A stretch of 64,000 bases of DNA. Source: an uncultured cyanobacterium. Lineage in GTDB: Bacteria > Cyanobacteriota > Cyanobacteriia > Pseudanabaenales > Pseudanabaenaceae. The translations under genes were made by a program, and so were the position numbers. The stretch is taken from positions 2,048,001-2,112,000 of the forward strand of contig OY969811.1 in assembly GCA_963703315.1 (NCBI GenBank), read 5' to 3'. The notes beneath the pieces were generated by a model. It did no database searches, was not told the origin of the DNA, and worked only from the letters and a program-made list of their open reading frames with translations. Shown here one piece after another: positions 1-9,965 of this stretch; position 1 is the stretch's first letter; each line of letters starts with the position of its first letter.

Positions 1-74
1 CCACCCTGTCCAATCGTTGAGCGGATAGCATAGCGACCTTTAAGAACAAAACCTTGGGGGAATGGGGGTTGCAT
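1..74 (-). CDS. Ser/Thr protein kinase, N-terminus (runs off window start)
   Basis: Manual translation from ATG at 74: MQPPFPQGFVLKGRYAIRSTIGQGG, which has the 'RY...IGQGG' start of a Hanks kinase Gly-rich loop. Confidence 0.75.
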   Translation of the reverse strand, partial: MQPPFPQGFVLKGRYAIRSTIGQG

Positions 75-130
75 AAAACATTAACTAAATGAATATAAAT
101 GGTTTAAATTTGGCTTTGCCAAATTTAGAC

Positions 131-652
131 TTAATACCTTACTGCCATCGCACTACCACGAATCAAGTACTTCGACCCCTCAATATCTATAGATGTGCCG
201 ACCTTGACCTTTTCATTGCCAAATACCACACCATCATTGGTGACTCTGGCAGTGGCTTCGAGGGTGAGGGCTAAGTCAGATTGAGAGGTGGAGACAGCAC
301 GGGGATCTTCAAAATAGACCGCAGTGCCATCGGCTTTGGCAGCAACAACTTTGGGTATGGAGATGTCAACTTTTTTGATCGTGACTTCGCCGCGTGGTTG
401 GTTGCGGATGATGATATTTACCTTGTCGCCAACCTTGACCAGATTTTGGGGATTAGTTGCACTTAAACCACGTACATTCATCTCTACTTGAACAGTTTTG
501 TTCTCAGCCGATATCATTTGGGCGATCGAGCTACCGTTATTGCCAGGGACAACGAATAAGCCGATCAGGACGATCAAAATTGTGGCGATCGCACCGATGT
601 CCAAAATGCTAAGTTTGCCAAATAAACGACCTTGCCGATCTAAAAGTGCCAT
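131..652 (-). CDS. DUF4330-family cyanobacterial membrane-anchored protein
   Basis: N-terminal 'LDRQGRLFGKLSILD' followed by a TM helix, typical of this family. Confidence 0.75.
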   Translation of the reverse strand: MALLDRQGRLFGKLSILDIGAIATILIVLIGLFVVPGNNGSSIAQMISAENKTVQVEMNVRGLSATNPQNLVKVGDKVNIIIRNQPRGEVTIKKVDISIPKVVAAKADGTAVYFEDPRAVSTSQSDLALTLEATARVTNDGVVFGNEKVKVGTSIDIEGSKYLIRGSAMAVRY

Positions 653-826
653 GCGTATTTGCTAAATGTAACGGTGGAAATATATTGAAAGAGCGAAAAT
701 TTGAGGATGCGAATAAACGCTGTCAGCATTACAGTATAAGTGCAAATTGAATCGGTAAAGACATCTGTGAAGACAACCAAAGTCGGGTTGTAGGCTTTCT
801 CCCAAAAATCTGCAAAAAATTTAGTC

Positions 827-879
827 AATAAGCAATTTTTGGTGGTGCAGCTAAGCTGCACCACCAAAAATTGCTTATT
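827..879. repeat. Perfect palindrome / probable terminator
   Basis: aataagcaatttttggtggtgcagc-taa-gctgcaccaccaaaaattgcttatt. Confidence 0.8.
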
Positions 880-1504
880 TCGGTTTTGACAATACATTCA
901 ATAGCTCTTCAGCAATGATTTCTTGCAAAATGCTAGACATTTTAGGCATCAAAATTTCGTTAGTCCGTTTGAAAGAGTCATTGAAGATTTGGGGCATGAT
1001 GGCGATCGCCTTTTTACCCGTTGAGGATTTATAAAAACTAATGATGTCGCGTAGTTCTGGCTCACTAAAGTACTTGTCATAGATCGGATAGGACACTTGC
1101 TCGATTAGCTGACTAATATCAATTTTTTTGGCTACGCGATCGCGATATTTCCCAGCCATGCGCGAGATGATTTCGCTAAATTGCTTTTGGACTTCGGGGC
1201 GATCGCTATCCAGATAGGGAGCATCTTTTAACACTGTAGATACGAGCTTGGGTAACTCTGCGCGCACCATTGAGTCCATGACTTGACTGGCATTTTTAGT
1301 GGCTTGAGTAATTTCCAGTAGCTCTTTGATCAAGGCACGCTTTTCTGAGGAAATAACGGTTGAGGTTGATTGTTTTGGTTGACTAGTTTCACTGCTCTCT
1401 TGAGGTACTTGCGCGATCGCCTTTGGTAAATTTAGCGATGGCAATATTGAAGCCGCCGTGATCAACGAAGACAGCGTAACAGTTGCAAAAATACGATTAA
1501 TCAT
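875..1504 (-). CDS. DUF2059-domain exported protein
   Basis: Signal peptide; 'YDKYFSEPELRDIISFYKSSTGKK' motif. Confidence 0.8.
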   Translation of the reverse strand: MINRIFATVTLSSLITAASILPSLNLPKAIAQVPQESSETSQPKQSTSTVISSEKRALIKELLEITQATKNASQVMDSMVRAELPKLVSTVLKDAPYLDSDRPEVQKQFSEIISRMAGKYRDRVAKKIDISQLIEQVSYPIYDKYFSEPELRDIISFYKSSTGKKAIAIMPQIFNDSFKRTNEILMPKMSSILQEIIAEELLNVLSKPK

Positions 1505-1517
1505 AATTAAAAGCCAA

Positions 1518-2141
1518 TTATTTTTGTTGTTCGAGATTGTAAGCCAATTTATCAGCGATCGCGGTTACCCAGTTTTCATCTTGTTTGGTATAGCTGCGTG
1601 CAACATTTGCTCCTAAGACCATGACTCCTTTTTCGCCCAGAGGTTGCACAATTACACCTTGAGTATTTTCGGGCAAATAGTCAAACTCTACACGCCCAGG
1701 ATAAAGCTCTAATTTCACTAAATAAACAGGCTTTTGAGTTTTCATTACCCTTTCGGCGATCGTGCCAATATTTACTTGTTTGCTCTTGCCCAAAATACCT
1801 CTGCGGAGAATAGTTTGGCGATCGTAATAAATAGCTACAACCTTAGTCACCGTATTAGTTAATAAAATATGCGATGCCCATGCTAATTCTGTCTTGATTA
1901 CTTCTGGTAAATTTTCACCAATTTCAAAACCTTCCTCGCCAACTAAAGTCACAGCATCAGGTGGTTTTGGTTGTACTTGCTGCCAGAGCAACCCAATCAA
2001 AATCAAAACTGCGCTCAATAAAATCCCTAAAGCATCAGCCCGTGATTGACTAGAGGTGAGATTTGCCGTCACCATGCGATTTGCTAACAGCGCTAAGCCG
2101 CCCACTATTCCCACCACAAGGGGCAAGTATCGAATCATCAT
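1518..2141 (-). CDS. Cofactor assembly of complex C subunit B (CCB2/CCB4 family)
   Basis: Two TM helices then 'ELAWASHILLTNT', 'LYPGRVEFDYLPENTQ'; start taken as ATG at 2141 rather than the ORF-track 2153. Confidence 0.75.
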   Translation of the reverse strand: MMIRYLPLVVGIVGGLALLANRMVTANLTSSQSRADALGILLSAVLILIGLLWQQVQPKPPDAVTLVGEEGFEIGENLPEVIKTELAWASHILLTNTVTKVVAIYYDRQTILRRGILGKSKQVNIGTIAERVMKTQKPVYLVKLELYPGRVEFDYLPENTQGVIVQPLGEKGVMVLGANVARSYTKQDENWVTAIADKLAYNLEQQK

Positions 2142-2204
2142 TTTTAAAACCAATAAAATCAGAGGTGATGCAAAGCATCACCTCTGATTTTATTGGTTTT
2201 AAAA
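2142..2204. repeat. Long perfect palindrome between divergent genes
   Basis: ttttaaaaccaataaaatcagaggtgatgc-aaa-gcatcacctctgattttattggttttaaaa. Confidence 0.85.
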
Positions 2205-2268
2205 CATTTCTTGCCATAAAAAACTTATCATCGTTTTTTGTTACCCAACTCTAACAAATTCATAATTT

Positions 2269-3483
2269 ATGTTGCCTAGCGAACTCTTGATGCATCGACT
2301 GAATGGCGAAACTGTCGTTCCCAAAAGATTGAAATTGGATGATAAGCATCAGGCGATCGCTACGGAATTAATTGCTATTTTTGAGAGTTGTAAGGGATTA
2401 CCCCAGAGGGAACTCGATCGCCAATTGCAAGAACTAGAAGGTGATACGCCCGATTATCGTGTGAAGCGGGGACTAGCGCATATTCTCAAATCCAGCTTTA
2501 GCACCTTTGAAATCATTAGTCCCCTCGAACCGCAAGAACTGCGCCGCCGCATATTTGAACTTTCGGCTCAAGTCATTCCCAGTCAGCAAGCCACTGAGGA
2601 AACTTTAGCGAAACTTGCAGATAAACTCACTCCAGAACTCAATCGCGAAGTACTTCCTTCGCAAATTACTCAAGGGCTTTATGCTGACCTAATGGAGAAT
2701 CGAATTCTTACGCAATTCGATCCTCCAACTCCTGAAGACTTAATCCATCGCTATAATCTCTCGCAAGTGCAAGGGATCTTTTATCGCGCCAGTCAGATGA
2801 CGCTGAATGTGCATCGCAATGATCCAGGGGAATATAAGCTTCTCTTTCGATATCTCAAGCTCTTTCAATTAATGTCCTATATCGAAGGGGATGTGGATTA
2901 TGGCTTTACGATTACCGTTGATGGAGCTACCAGTTTATTTGGCACAAGTACCCGCTATGGACTAGCGATCGCCAAGCTTCTCCCTGCTTTACTCCATGTT
3001 ACTAAATGGAGCCTAAACGCCACCCTCGTCGAAAAAGATGCCTATTCAAAACAAAAGCGTACAGGTTTATTTACTCTCAATTCAGACTGTGGTTTAGTCA
3101 GTCATTATCCTGCTGGTAAAATGTATGACAGTGCGATCGAAGCTTCCTTCGCAGAGAAATGGGCTGATCTAAAAACGGAATGGAAATTAGAAAGAGAAGT
3201 GGATTTAATTCCTATTCCTGGAAGTGTGATGATCCCTGATTTTCGACTGGTACATCCTGACGGGCGGAGTTATTTATTAGAGATTGTTGGCTATTGGCGA
3301 CCCGAATATTTACGCAAAAAGTTTTCGCAAGTACGACAGGCTAATTGTGAAAATTTGATTTTGGCAATTTCCGAGCGGCTAAATCTCGAAAAAGCTGGAG
3401 TAAAGGTGAGCGATGTACCTGCGCTAACGGTTTGGTTTAAAGACAAGCTTTTACCAAAGTCCATTTTGCAAGTAATTCCATAG
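2269..3483 (+). CDS. DUF790 family (Bax1-like) putative endonuclease
   Basis: 'MLPSELL', 'RYNLSQVQG', C-terminal 'IPDF...LEIVGYWRPEYL' PD-(D/E)XK-like motif. Confidence 0.85.
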   Translation: MLPSELLMHRLNGETVVPKRLKLDDKHQAIATELIAIFESCKGLPQRELDRQLQELEGDTPDYRVKRGLAHILKSSFSTFEIISPLEPQELRRRIFELSAQVIPSQQATEETLAKLADKLTPELNREVLPSQITQGLYADLMENRILTQFDPPTPEDLIHRYNLSQVQGIFYRASQMTLNVHRNDPGEYKLLFRYLKLFQLMSYIEGDVDYGFTITVDGATSLFGTSTRYGLAIAKLLPALLHVTKWSLNATLVEKDAYSKQKRTGLFTLNSDCGLVSHYPAGKMYDSAIEASFAEKWADLKTEWKLEREVDLIPIPGSVMIPDFRLVHPDGRSYLLEIVGYWRPEYLRKKFSQVRQANCENLILAISERLNLEKAGVKVSDVPALTVWFKDKLLPKSILQVIP

Positions 3484-3561
3484 CAATAGTTTCTCGGTAT
3501 CAGCGATCGCCTAAATCCTTAATTGTCATATTTTAGGCGATCGCTAAGCGTCATAATTTAA

Positions 3562-3779
3562 CCCACATTCCGCTCGTAATGGAAGCCTAAAAATATTTAC
3601 AACGAGACAATGAGGGTTTCAGCGATTTTCTGAAAAATTAATGATAATAACTCCTATTAGTACGTCATTATTGACAATATTAAGATAGTGGTATTTTTCT
3701 GACGAAAGCCCAAAATACTTACTGTATAAGGATTTGTTTTCTAAATATTTTTTTCAGTAAAATAAGAGCGGAATGTGGG
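3562..3779. mobile_element. 218-bp MITE with IS1634-type ends
   Basis: Left end cccacattccgctcgtaatggaag is identical to the IS at 13368; right end gagcggaatgtggg; 6-bp TSD ATTTAA at 3556-3561 and 3780-3785. Confidence 0.9.
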
Positions 3780-4926
3780 ATTTAAGTATTTAGCACGTTT
3801 TATATTTAACTTGCTGGGTTTCGATGTGTTGCCAGTATTTGATTTGGGCTTCTTGATGGCAATGCAAAATACCGAACCATTCTAGGCGTTCGAGGTTTTC
3901 TGAAATTGCATTTTTATAGCGGCTACCGTTTTTAAATTGGGCGGCGCTTTGGGCGATCAGTTGTTGCGATCGCGAGATCAATATGATTTACAGCTAAAAT
4001 GTTTACAATAAGAAATTGGGTAAAAAACTTTCGTATTTATGCAAAATAAAAATTTCTGGGAGGCATGTGTTGGTAAGACTATTGACGATAGGTATAGTTT
4101 GGAAAAGCTGATTGGTTCAGGTAGTTTTGGTGGAGTATTTCAGGCAAAGATGGTTGTGTTAGGGCATACGTTGCAAAAAAAAGTTGCCGTTAAACTAATG
4201 CAGGATGGTGATGTGGGAGGTATGCAGCACTGTGAACTTAAATCTGCGCTGAATTTGCCTTCTCATGACAGCCTTGTCCAGCATTTTAATTGGGGACAAG
4301 TGAAAATTAATGATTTCCCTATGCTTTATCTAGTTATGGAACTTGGAGAATATTGTCTAGATAGCTATAGAAAAGATAGACAAGTACTAAGTTCAGATGA
4401 AGTAAAGGAGATAGTTCTATCTGTAGCTGAAGGCTTATGTTATATGCATAGCAAGGTACATGGTGGTAGCGAACTCACTCCTCCTGAACAACTGACCCAT
4501 CGAGATCTTAAGCCAGCAAATGTTATCAAAGTTGGTAAAAAATGGAAAATGGCTGATTTTGGTTTTGGTAAGTCTCTTAATAAAGGCTCTGTGCAAGCGA
4601 CTCTGATTGGTGGTACAGATCGTTATATGCCGCCAGAAATTTTTGAAAGACAGTGGATATCGACGAAAGGAGATATATGGGCTTTAGGAGTAATGATAGT
4701 TGAAATGCTTGCAGGGCATCATCCTATTAAAGTTCCAATTACTAGCGCAACTATTCAAAAAGAACCTATTGATCTTGACGGCGTACCTGATGAATGGATA
4801 GAAATTGTAAATGGATGTTTGCAAAAAGACCATAAGGAAAGATGGACAGCACAACAAGTTTTAGATGCTGTAGAAACTTGGGACAAAAGCTTATCTGTTG
4901 AAGAACTTTATAATCAAGCATTTGAA

Positions 4927-5764
4927 GGTAATGTGTCAGACTTGTTGGAAGGTATAGTAACAAGGGTAAGAATAAGTAGGAAAAAAAGATGGTATTTGAA
5001 GTAGTCGAATGTCCAACCTGCGGAGGTGTAAACATCCACCGACATGGACAAAGTGCCACAGGTAAAAAACGATACATTTGCTTAAACATAGAATGTATGC
5101 GAAAGACGTTTATTCTTGATTACACCTATCAAGGGTATCGTCCAGAAGTAAAAGAGCAAGTGTCAGAAATGGCGGTCAATGGCAGTGGCATTAGAGATAC
5201 AAGTCGAGTATTAAAGATTAGTCCGAATACTGTCATCAAAGAGTTAAAAAAAAAGAGGAAGACATCGAATCTGTAAACTATTCTCTGCTAGAGCAACTTG
5301 ACATAGAAACGCTTGATGTTGACCTTTATCAAGTAGAAGAAGCAGAAATGGATGAGATGTGGAGTTTTGTTGGCAGCAAGAAACAGCAAAGATGGCTGTG
5401 GCACGCTATTGATCATGTGACTGGAAGGGTCTTAGCTTATGTTTTAGCTCCGCATAAAGATGAAGCCTTGGTTAAGCTCGTGAATTTGCTAAAACCGTTT
5501 GGAATCAAGCATTTTTTCACCGATGCATGGGGTGCATACGAAAGGATTCTTGATCCTCACACTCACCTAATCGGCAAGAAAAATACTCAGAAGATTGAAC
5601 GAAAGCATCTAACTTTGAGAACGAGGATTAAGCGTTTAGCTAGAAAGACGATTTGCTTTTCTAAATCGATTGTGATGCATGATATTGTCATTGGTCTGTT
5701 TATCAACAGATATGAGTTTTCGTTTCAATCCCATTGAACGCTCCAACAAATGTGACACATTACC
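4927..5764 (+). mobile_element. IS1-family insertion sequence (838 bp)
   Basis: TIRs ggtaatgtgtcagacttgttgga / tccaacaaatgtgacacattacc; 8-bp TSD CATTTGAA at 4919-4926 and 5765-5772. Confidence 0.95.
4989..5737 (+). CDS. IS1 transposase InsA/InsB, joined by programmed -1 frameshift
   Basis: InsA zinc ribbon CPTC...C..C + HTH (4989-5276); InsB 'DEMWSFVGSK', 'TDAW', 'IERKHLTLR'; A9 slippery run at 5246-5254. Confidence 0.9.
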
Positions 5765-6559
5765 CATTTGAACACTATAGATATGGAAGTTATGAAGCTG
5801 CAATCTCTAAATATAATGCAGCAATTCAACTTAAGCCTGATTACATTCTTGCTTATGCAGCAAGAGGAAGAGTTTTCAAATTTATGAACGATGATACTAA
5901 ATCCAAACAAGATCTAGAAAAAGCTATTACCTTATTCCCAATATTAACAGCCGAAGCTTATCACGCTAGAGCCATTGCTAAATCTGGATTGGAGGATAAG
6001 CAAGGTGCGATCGATGATCTTACTAAAGCTATTGAACTTAAACCCAATTATGTCGCTGCATACCGAGCGCGTGGAATAATACTAAAAGAGATGGGAGATA
6101 AAGATGGAGCCACATCAGATTTTTCCGAAGCAATTCGTATAGATCCTGACTATGCTGAGTCTTATTACAGCCTTGGCGTAGAAAAGTCTGACAAAGAGGA
6201 CAAAAAGGGAGCAATAGCCGATTATACTAAGGCAATTCTCCTTAAACCTAATTTTGCTGCGGCATTTATTAATCGTGGTTCTATAAGGTCTGCATTAGGG
6301 GAAATACAAAAAGCTATAGAAGATTATACGGAGGCAATCCGCATTCAACCTTGTTATGCCAATACATACACTTATCGTAGTAGTTGCTATGATAAGTTAG
6401 GAAAAAGACAAGAAGCTCTTGCTGATTTACGAGAAGCATCAAGACTTTATAAATTACAAGGGAAAGTAGATGAATACAATAATTCTCTAATCCGTATTAA
6501 AACGCTAGGAGGCTAATGGCATCATAATATTCTAGAAAGAATGTAAATTTACATTCTTT

Positions 6560-7267
6560 CTACGCAAGTTGACGCTGTGAAATAGCTAACCGTCTTTGTT
6601 TGACTAGCTCAGGAGTAGAACGATTTTTATCATCTTGCGAATCAAAACCAAGACGAACATAAACCTCACCACCAATTCCCGGAACAATAATTCCTTCAGG
6701 CGTTTTTACATCATCCTCAGCTAAGTACACATACCGAAACTTGTTATAAATATCCTCAGAAAATCCTTTTTTTAAACGATCCTCTGCCCCTTGATAAATA
6801 ACAGGTGCAACGATAAATATTTGTTTTGGTGATATCCTTGCGATCGTGTCAATCAAGTTAGTCCGCACAACACAAGCCCCTGAAATAATCGACTTAACGA
6901 TAATCAAGCTATCTACTTGAGCATCTGATGGTTCGAGATAACGCTTTAAGATAGGAGCAACTTGTAAATCAGCAATACCAAACGGCTTAAACCTTTTATT
7001 CCAAAAGCAAGAAAAAGTAACCTTGGCAAGAGTGCCATCCAATCGGCTAAGAATTCCTTTTGCAAGAAAATCAGCATCTTCAGCCGTACAAGCTAAATGT
7101 GCCGAACTTGAATTACTAACAATTTGCGATAAAACAGCGCCTGCCAGACTTTCTCCTAGTTGATACATACTTTGCCGATAGGAATCAATACTGCTATCCT
7201 TATCAGCAAGAGCATCGAGCAGCACTTTTTCCTTATCTCCAGCAAATTGTGTGTACTTTCTAGACAC
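6560..7267 (-). CDS. Divergent type I phosphoribosyltransferase (UPRTase-like)
   Basis: 'SLIIVKSIISGACVV' at the PRPP-loop position; C-terminal 'AEDD..TPEGIIVPGIGGEVYVRLG' resembles the UPRTase tail; start uncertain (GTG 7267 or TTG 7333). Confidence 0.6.
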   Translation of the reverse strand: MSRKYTQFAGDKEKVLLDALADKDSSIDSYRQSMYQLGESLAGAVLSQIVSNSSSAHLACTAEDADFLAKGILSRLDGTLAKVTFSCFWNKRFKPFGIADLQVAPILKRYLEPSDAQVDSLIIVKSIISGACVVRTNLIDTIARISPKQIFIVAPVIYQGAEDRLKKGFSEDIYNKFRYVYLAEDDVKTPEGIIVPGIGGEVYVRLGFDSQDDKNRSTPELVKQRRLAISQRQLA

Positions 7268-7334
7268 GGTTGCGATCGCTTGATTTTTTGTAAATATTAC
7301 CTTAAGTATAGACTCTCCCAAGAATTTGTACAAC

Positions 7335-8246
7335 CTAAAGCAAATTTTCTAAATCTTCAAATGTCGTAGGGCTTATTTGCAGAATAAGATTCTGTAATTT
7401 TTGAAACTCTTCACTCTCAAGACTGAAAGGATATGTACCATCCATTCCTAATACTGGATATTCCCAATAAAAAAAACCTCTAGAAATAGAATAGGTAAAT
7501 CCATTAATACTTTGTAGAATCGAGATAACTTTTGGCTCAAGAGCAAATGAATCATCTGATTTAAAAGAACGGATAAAGGATGGTTGACAGTTTTGCGCTT
7601 TCTCCAGAACATTACGCACAGTAGTTTGCGATGTATCACTGGATACCCATGCTCCTATTAAAACTGTTGCAACACATTCGATTTTGTCTTGCGTCGGATT
7701 CTCGAAAGCTGTTAAATAGGAAATAGCTTCTCTCAGTTGATTATTAACTGTCAATAATTCATTTATCGTTTTTCGATAAGGGAAGAAAATTACTGAGCTA
7801 TAAGCCTGAATATCCATAGGCATTTTCGCAATTAATTTGTTAGCCACATCTTCAGATGAAACAACGACTGACATTATAGATGAGCGATTGAGAGCATTTG
7901 TGTTAAGTTGAAATTGCATCCTAAAATCAAAAGCAACTTTGACATCGCTATTATCTGTTCCCCATGAAAGTGATTGTGATTCTTTAATTTGGAAGTGCTG
8001 TAAATCTAAGCCTACTCCGCGATCAATAATCAGATCGTCTACAAAAGCCACAATCTGACTAAAAATATCAATGTCCTCTAACTCTTGAATAATGATTTCT
8101 TTTGCCAGTAATGCTATTTGATAAATTGCAAAGAAATTTTCGTATGAGTTGCCCTTTTGATTAACCTGTCCTCCCCGATGTTTATTCCGTAAATAATTAA
8201 TATTTTCCTCATTGAGATTGGCTGCAAGCTGTCTGTCGGAATACAT
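7335..8246 (-). CDS. DUF4297/Cap4-like PD-(D/E)XK nuclease domain protein
   Basis: 'GG...KG..YE', 'VDDL', 'FQIK', then 'W', matching the Cap4/LmuA-type N-terminal nuclease pattern. Confidence 0.65.
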   Translation of the reverse strand: MYSDRQLAANLNEENINYLRNKHRGGQVNQKGNSYENFFAIYQIALLAKEIIIQELEDIDIFSQIVAFVDDLIIDRGVGLDLQHFQIKESQSLSWGTDNSDVKVAFDFRMQFQLNTNALNRSSIMSVVVSSEDVANKLIAKMPMDIQAYSSVIFFPYRKTINELLTVNNQLREAISYLTAFENPTQDKIECVATVLIGAWVSSDTSQTTVRNVLEKAQNCQPSFIRSFKSDDSFALEPKVISILQSINGFTYSISRGFFYWEYPVLGMDGTYPFSLESEEFQKLQNLILQISPTTFEDLENLL

Positions 8247-8543
8247 TAAGGATTATCCTAATATTTAAGAATATCTTCTAAAATAGCTCAAAATCAGACA
8301 TCCTAAACACAAAGCCAAACACAATTCGCTAAAAAATCTAATAGTTCATTTCCATGTGAGCCTTGCCATTTAGCTAAAAACCCCTGAATATTTGTGCGAT
8401 CGCGATCTACCATGATATCTACTGAAACTTTCGGACAATTCTAACATTTTGTAGGCAATTTGAGGCGATCGCCTTTATCTAAAAACTAAATGAGCCTGAT
8501 AATATAGAAATCATATTTTTGTCGTCAACCAGCCACAACAGCC

Positions 8544-9170
8544 ATGATGATTCAAACTTTACCGAAAGTGACGACCTTTGATGAATTTGTGGGATTTCTT
8601 CCCGAAAATTCTGGCGTGCGTTACGAACTACATAACGGAAATATTATTGAAATGGCTCAACCAGTTGGAGATCACGAAGAAGTTAAAAGCTTTTTAGGTG
8701 TGGAAATCCCCTTTGAAATCAAACGATTGGGACTACCATACGGTATTCCTAACCAAGTGATCGTCAGACCTGAAGGTAAAGATTCTGGATATTTCCCAGA
8801 CATATTGGTAATGAATCGCGCCAACTTAATTAACGAACCACGCTGGAAAAAAGAATCAGTTCTTAGTCAAGGTGCATCCATACCTTTAGCGATCGAAATT
8901 GTATCTACCAATTGGCGAGATGATTATCATTTGAAATTTGCCGATTATGAGGAAATGGGAATAGCTGAATATTGGATTATTGACTATGCGGCACTGGGTG
9001 GACGAAACTTTATTGGTAATCCCAAACAGCCAACTATATCAGTTTGTAATTTGGTGGATGGAGAATATCAAATTAGCAAATTCCAAAATAGCGATCGCCT
9101 AATTTCGCAAATCTTCCCTGAACTAAATCTCACTGCCAATCAAATTTTTACATCAGAGCTTCCCAATTAA
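8544..9170 (+). CDS. Uma2 family endonuclease
   Basis: 'RYELHNG', 'PDI', 'IEIVS', 'K...Y..MGI.EYWIID'. Confidence 0.9.
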   Translation: MMIQTLPKVTTFDEFVGFLPENSGVRYELHNGNIIEMAQPVGDHEEVKSFLGVEIPFEIKRLGLPYGIPNQVIVRPEGKDSGYFPDILVMNRANLINEPRWKKESVLSQGASIPLAIEIVSTNWRDDYHLKFADYEEMGIAEYWIIDYAALGGRNFIGNPKQPTISVCNLVDGEYQISKFQNSDRLISQIFPELNLTANQIFTSELPN

Positions 9171-9726
9171 AAATCACATCAGGAAATGTAAGTAGAGAGA
9201 GGGTATCACCCTGTTCATAGCGCTGCGATCGCTTATAGCCTGAAGCTGACGGTTGGGAATAACCTTCGATACTTTGTTGATTGACATCAAAAAGCCACAT
9301 TTCAGGAATCCCATTAGCAGCATATAGGAGCGCTTTCACATCGCGGTCATAGGCGATCGTGCTGTCAGCAACTTCGATAATCAACAAAATATCCTCTGGT
9401 GTTGGCAAAGCACTAGCATAAAAATCATCACGCCATTTGAGGATGGCAAGATCTGGTTGAGGTTCTGAATTATTTGATAGGCGGATTGGGTTTTGCGTCC
9501 AAATAATTGTCTGATCGCCTAATTTCCTTTCAAAATTTTTAGTCAAACGAGTCACACAAACCGCGTGCTTGATGCCAATCGGGGACATTTCTCTGATTTC
9601 TCCATTAATTAATTCATAGCGATCGCCGACCGCAAACACACCCGCTTCATGCATAAGATAGTATTGCTGCACGGTGAACTTATGGATATTGCTCGTAAAA
9701 CTGGGTGTAACTAGTTGGGCTGTCAT
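9148..9726 (-). CDS. Uma2 family endonuclease
   Basis: 'RYELING', 'EPQPD', 'IEVADST', 'K..LYA..GIPE.W'. Confidence 0.9.
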   Translation of the reverse strand: MTAQLVTPSFTSNIHKFTVQQYYLMHEAGVFAVGDRYELINGEIREMSPIGIKHAVCVTRLTKNFERKLGDQTIIWTQNPIRLSNNSEPQPDLAILKWRDDFYASALPTPEDILLIIEVADSTIAYDRDVKALLYAANGIPEMWLFDVNQQSIEGYSQPSASGYKRSQRYEQGDTLSLLTFPDVIFNWEALM

Positions 9727-9750
9727 CGTATTTCACCTGAATTCGGATAG

Positions 9751-9855
9751 ATTAGAGCTTTCATGCTAGATGTTTAGTATTGTTAGACTCAAGATTAGCG
9801 ATTTAAGCGATCGCTTACTTCTTTATTTGCATATTTTCGCATATTGATTGATAAG
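9751..9855 (+). repeat. Direct-repeat copy of the leuS upstream region
   Basis: Aligns with 19203-19412 apart from a ~104-bp insertion in that copy. Confidence 0.85.
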
Positions 9856-9965
9856 CGCCAATTCAAGGATGAAATGCAACACCGAGAGATCTTTGCGTAA
9901 AGGGACTTATAAGGATACAGTGACCAATGCCAAAGCACTGCCAATTCTTGATTAGTAAAGGAATA

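Larger units (their letters stand above)
4039..6516 (+). pseudogene. Ser/Thr kinase-TPR fusion gene interrupted by IS1
   Basis: Kinase motifs GSGSFG, VAVK, HRDLKPAN, DFG, YMPPE in 4039-4926; TPR repeats in 5773-6516; removing IS1 and one TSD restores ...NQAFE-HYRYGSY... in frame. Confidence 0.9.

Noticed and set aside
2269..3483. DUF790 gene without an adjacent XPB-like helicase
   Set aside because: The partner may lie elsewhere in the genome; this cannot be judged from the window
3790..3981. 63-aa minus-strand ORF beside the MITE
   Set aside because: Possible gene remnant, but it has no recognisable motif and no strong start
8544..9726. Convergent overlapping Uma2 pair as a system
   Set aside because: Uma2 (like DUF29) genes are highly expanded in cyanobacteria, so adjacency is unremarkable
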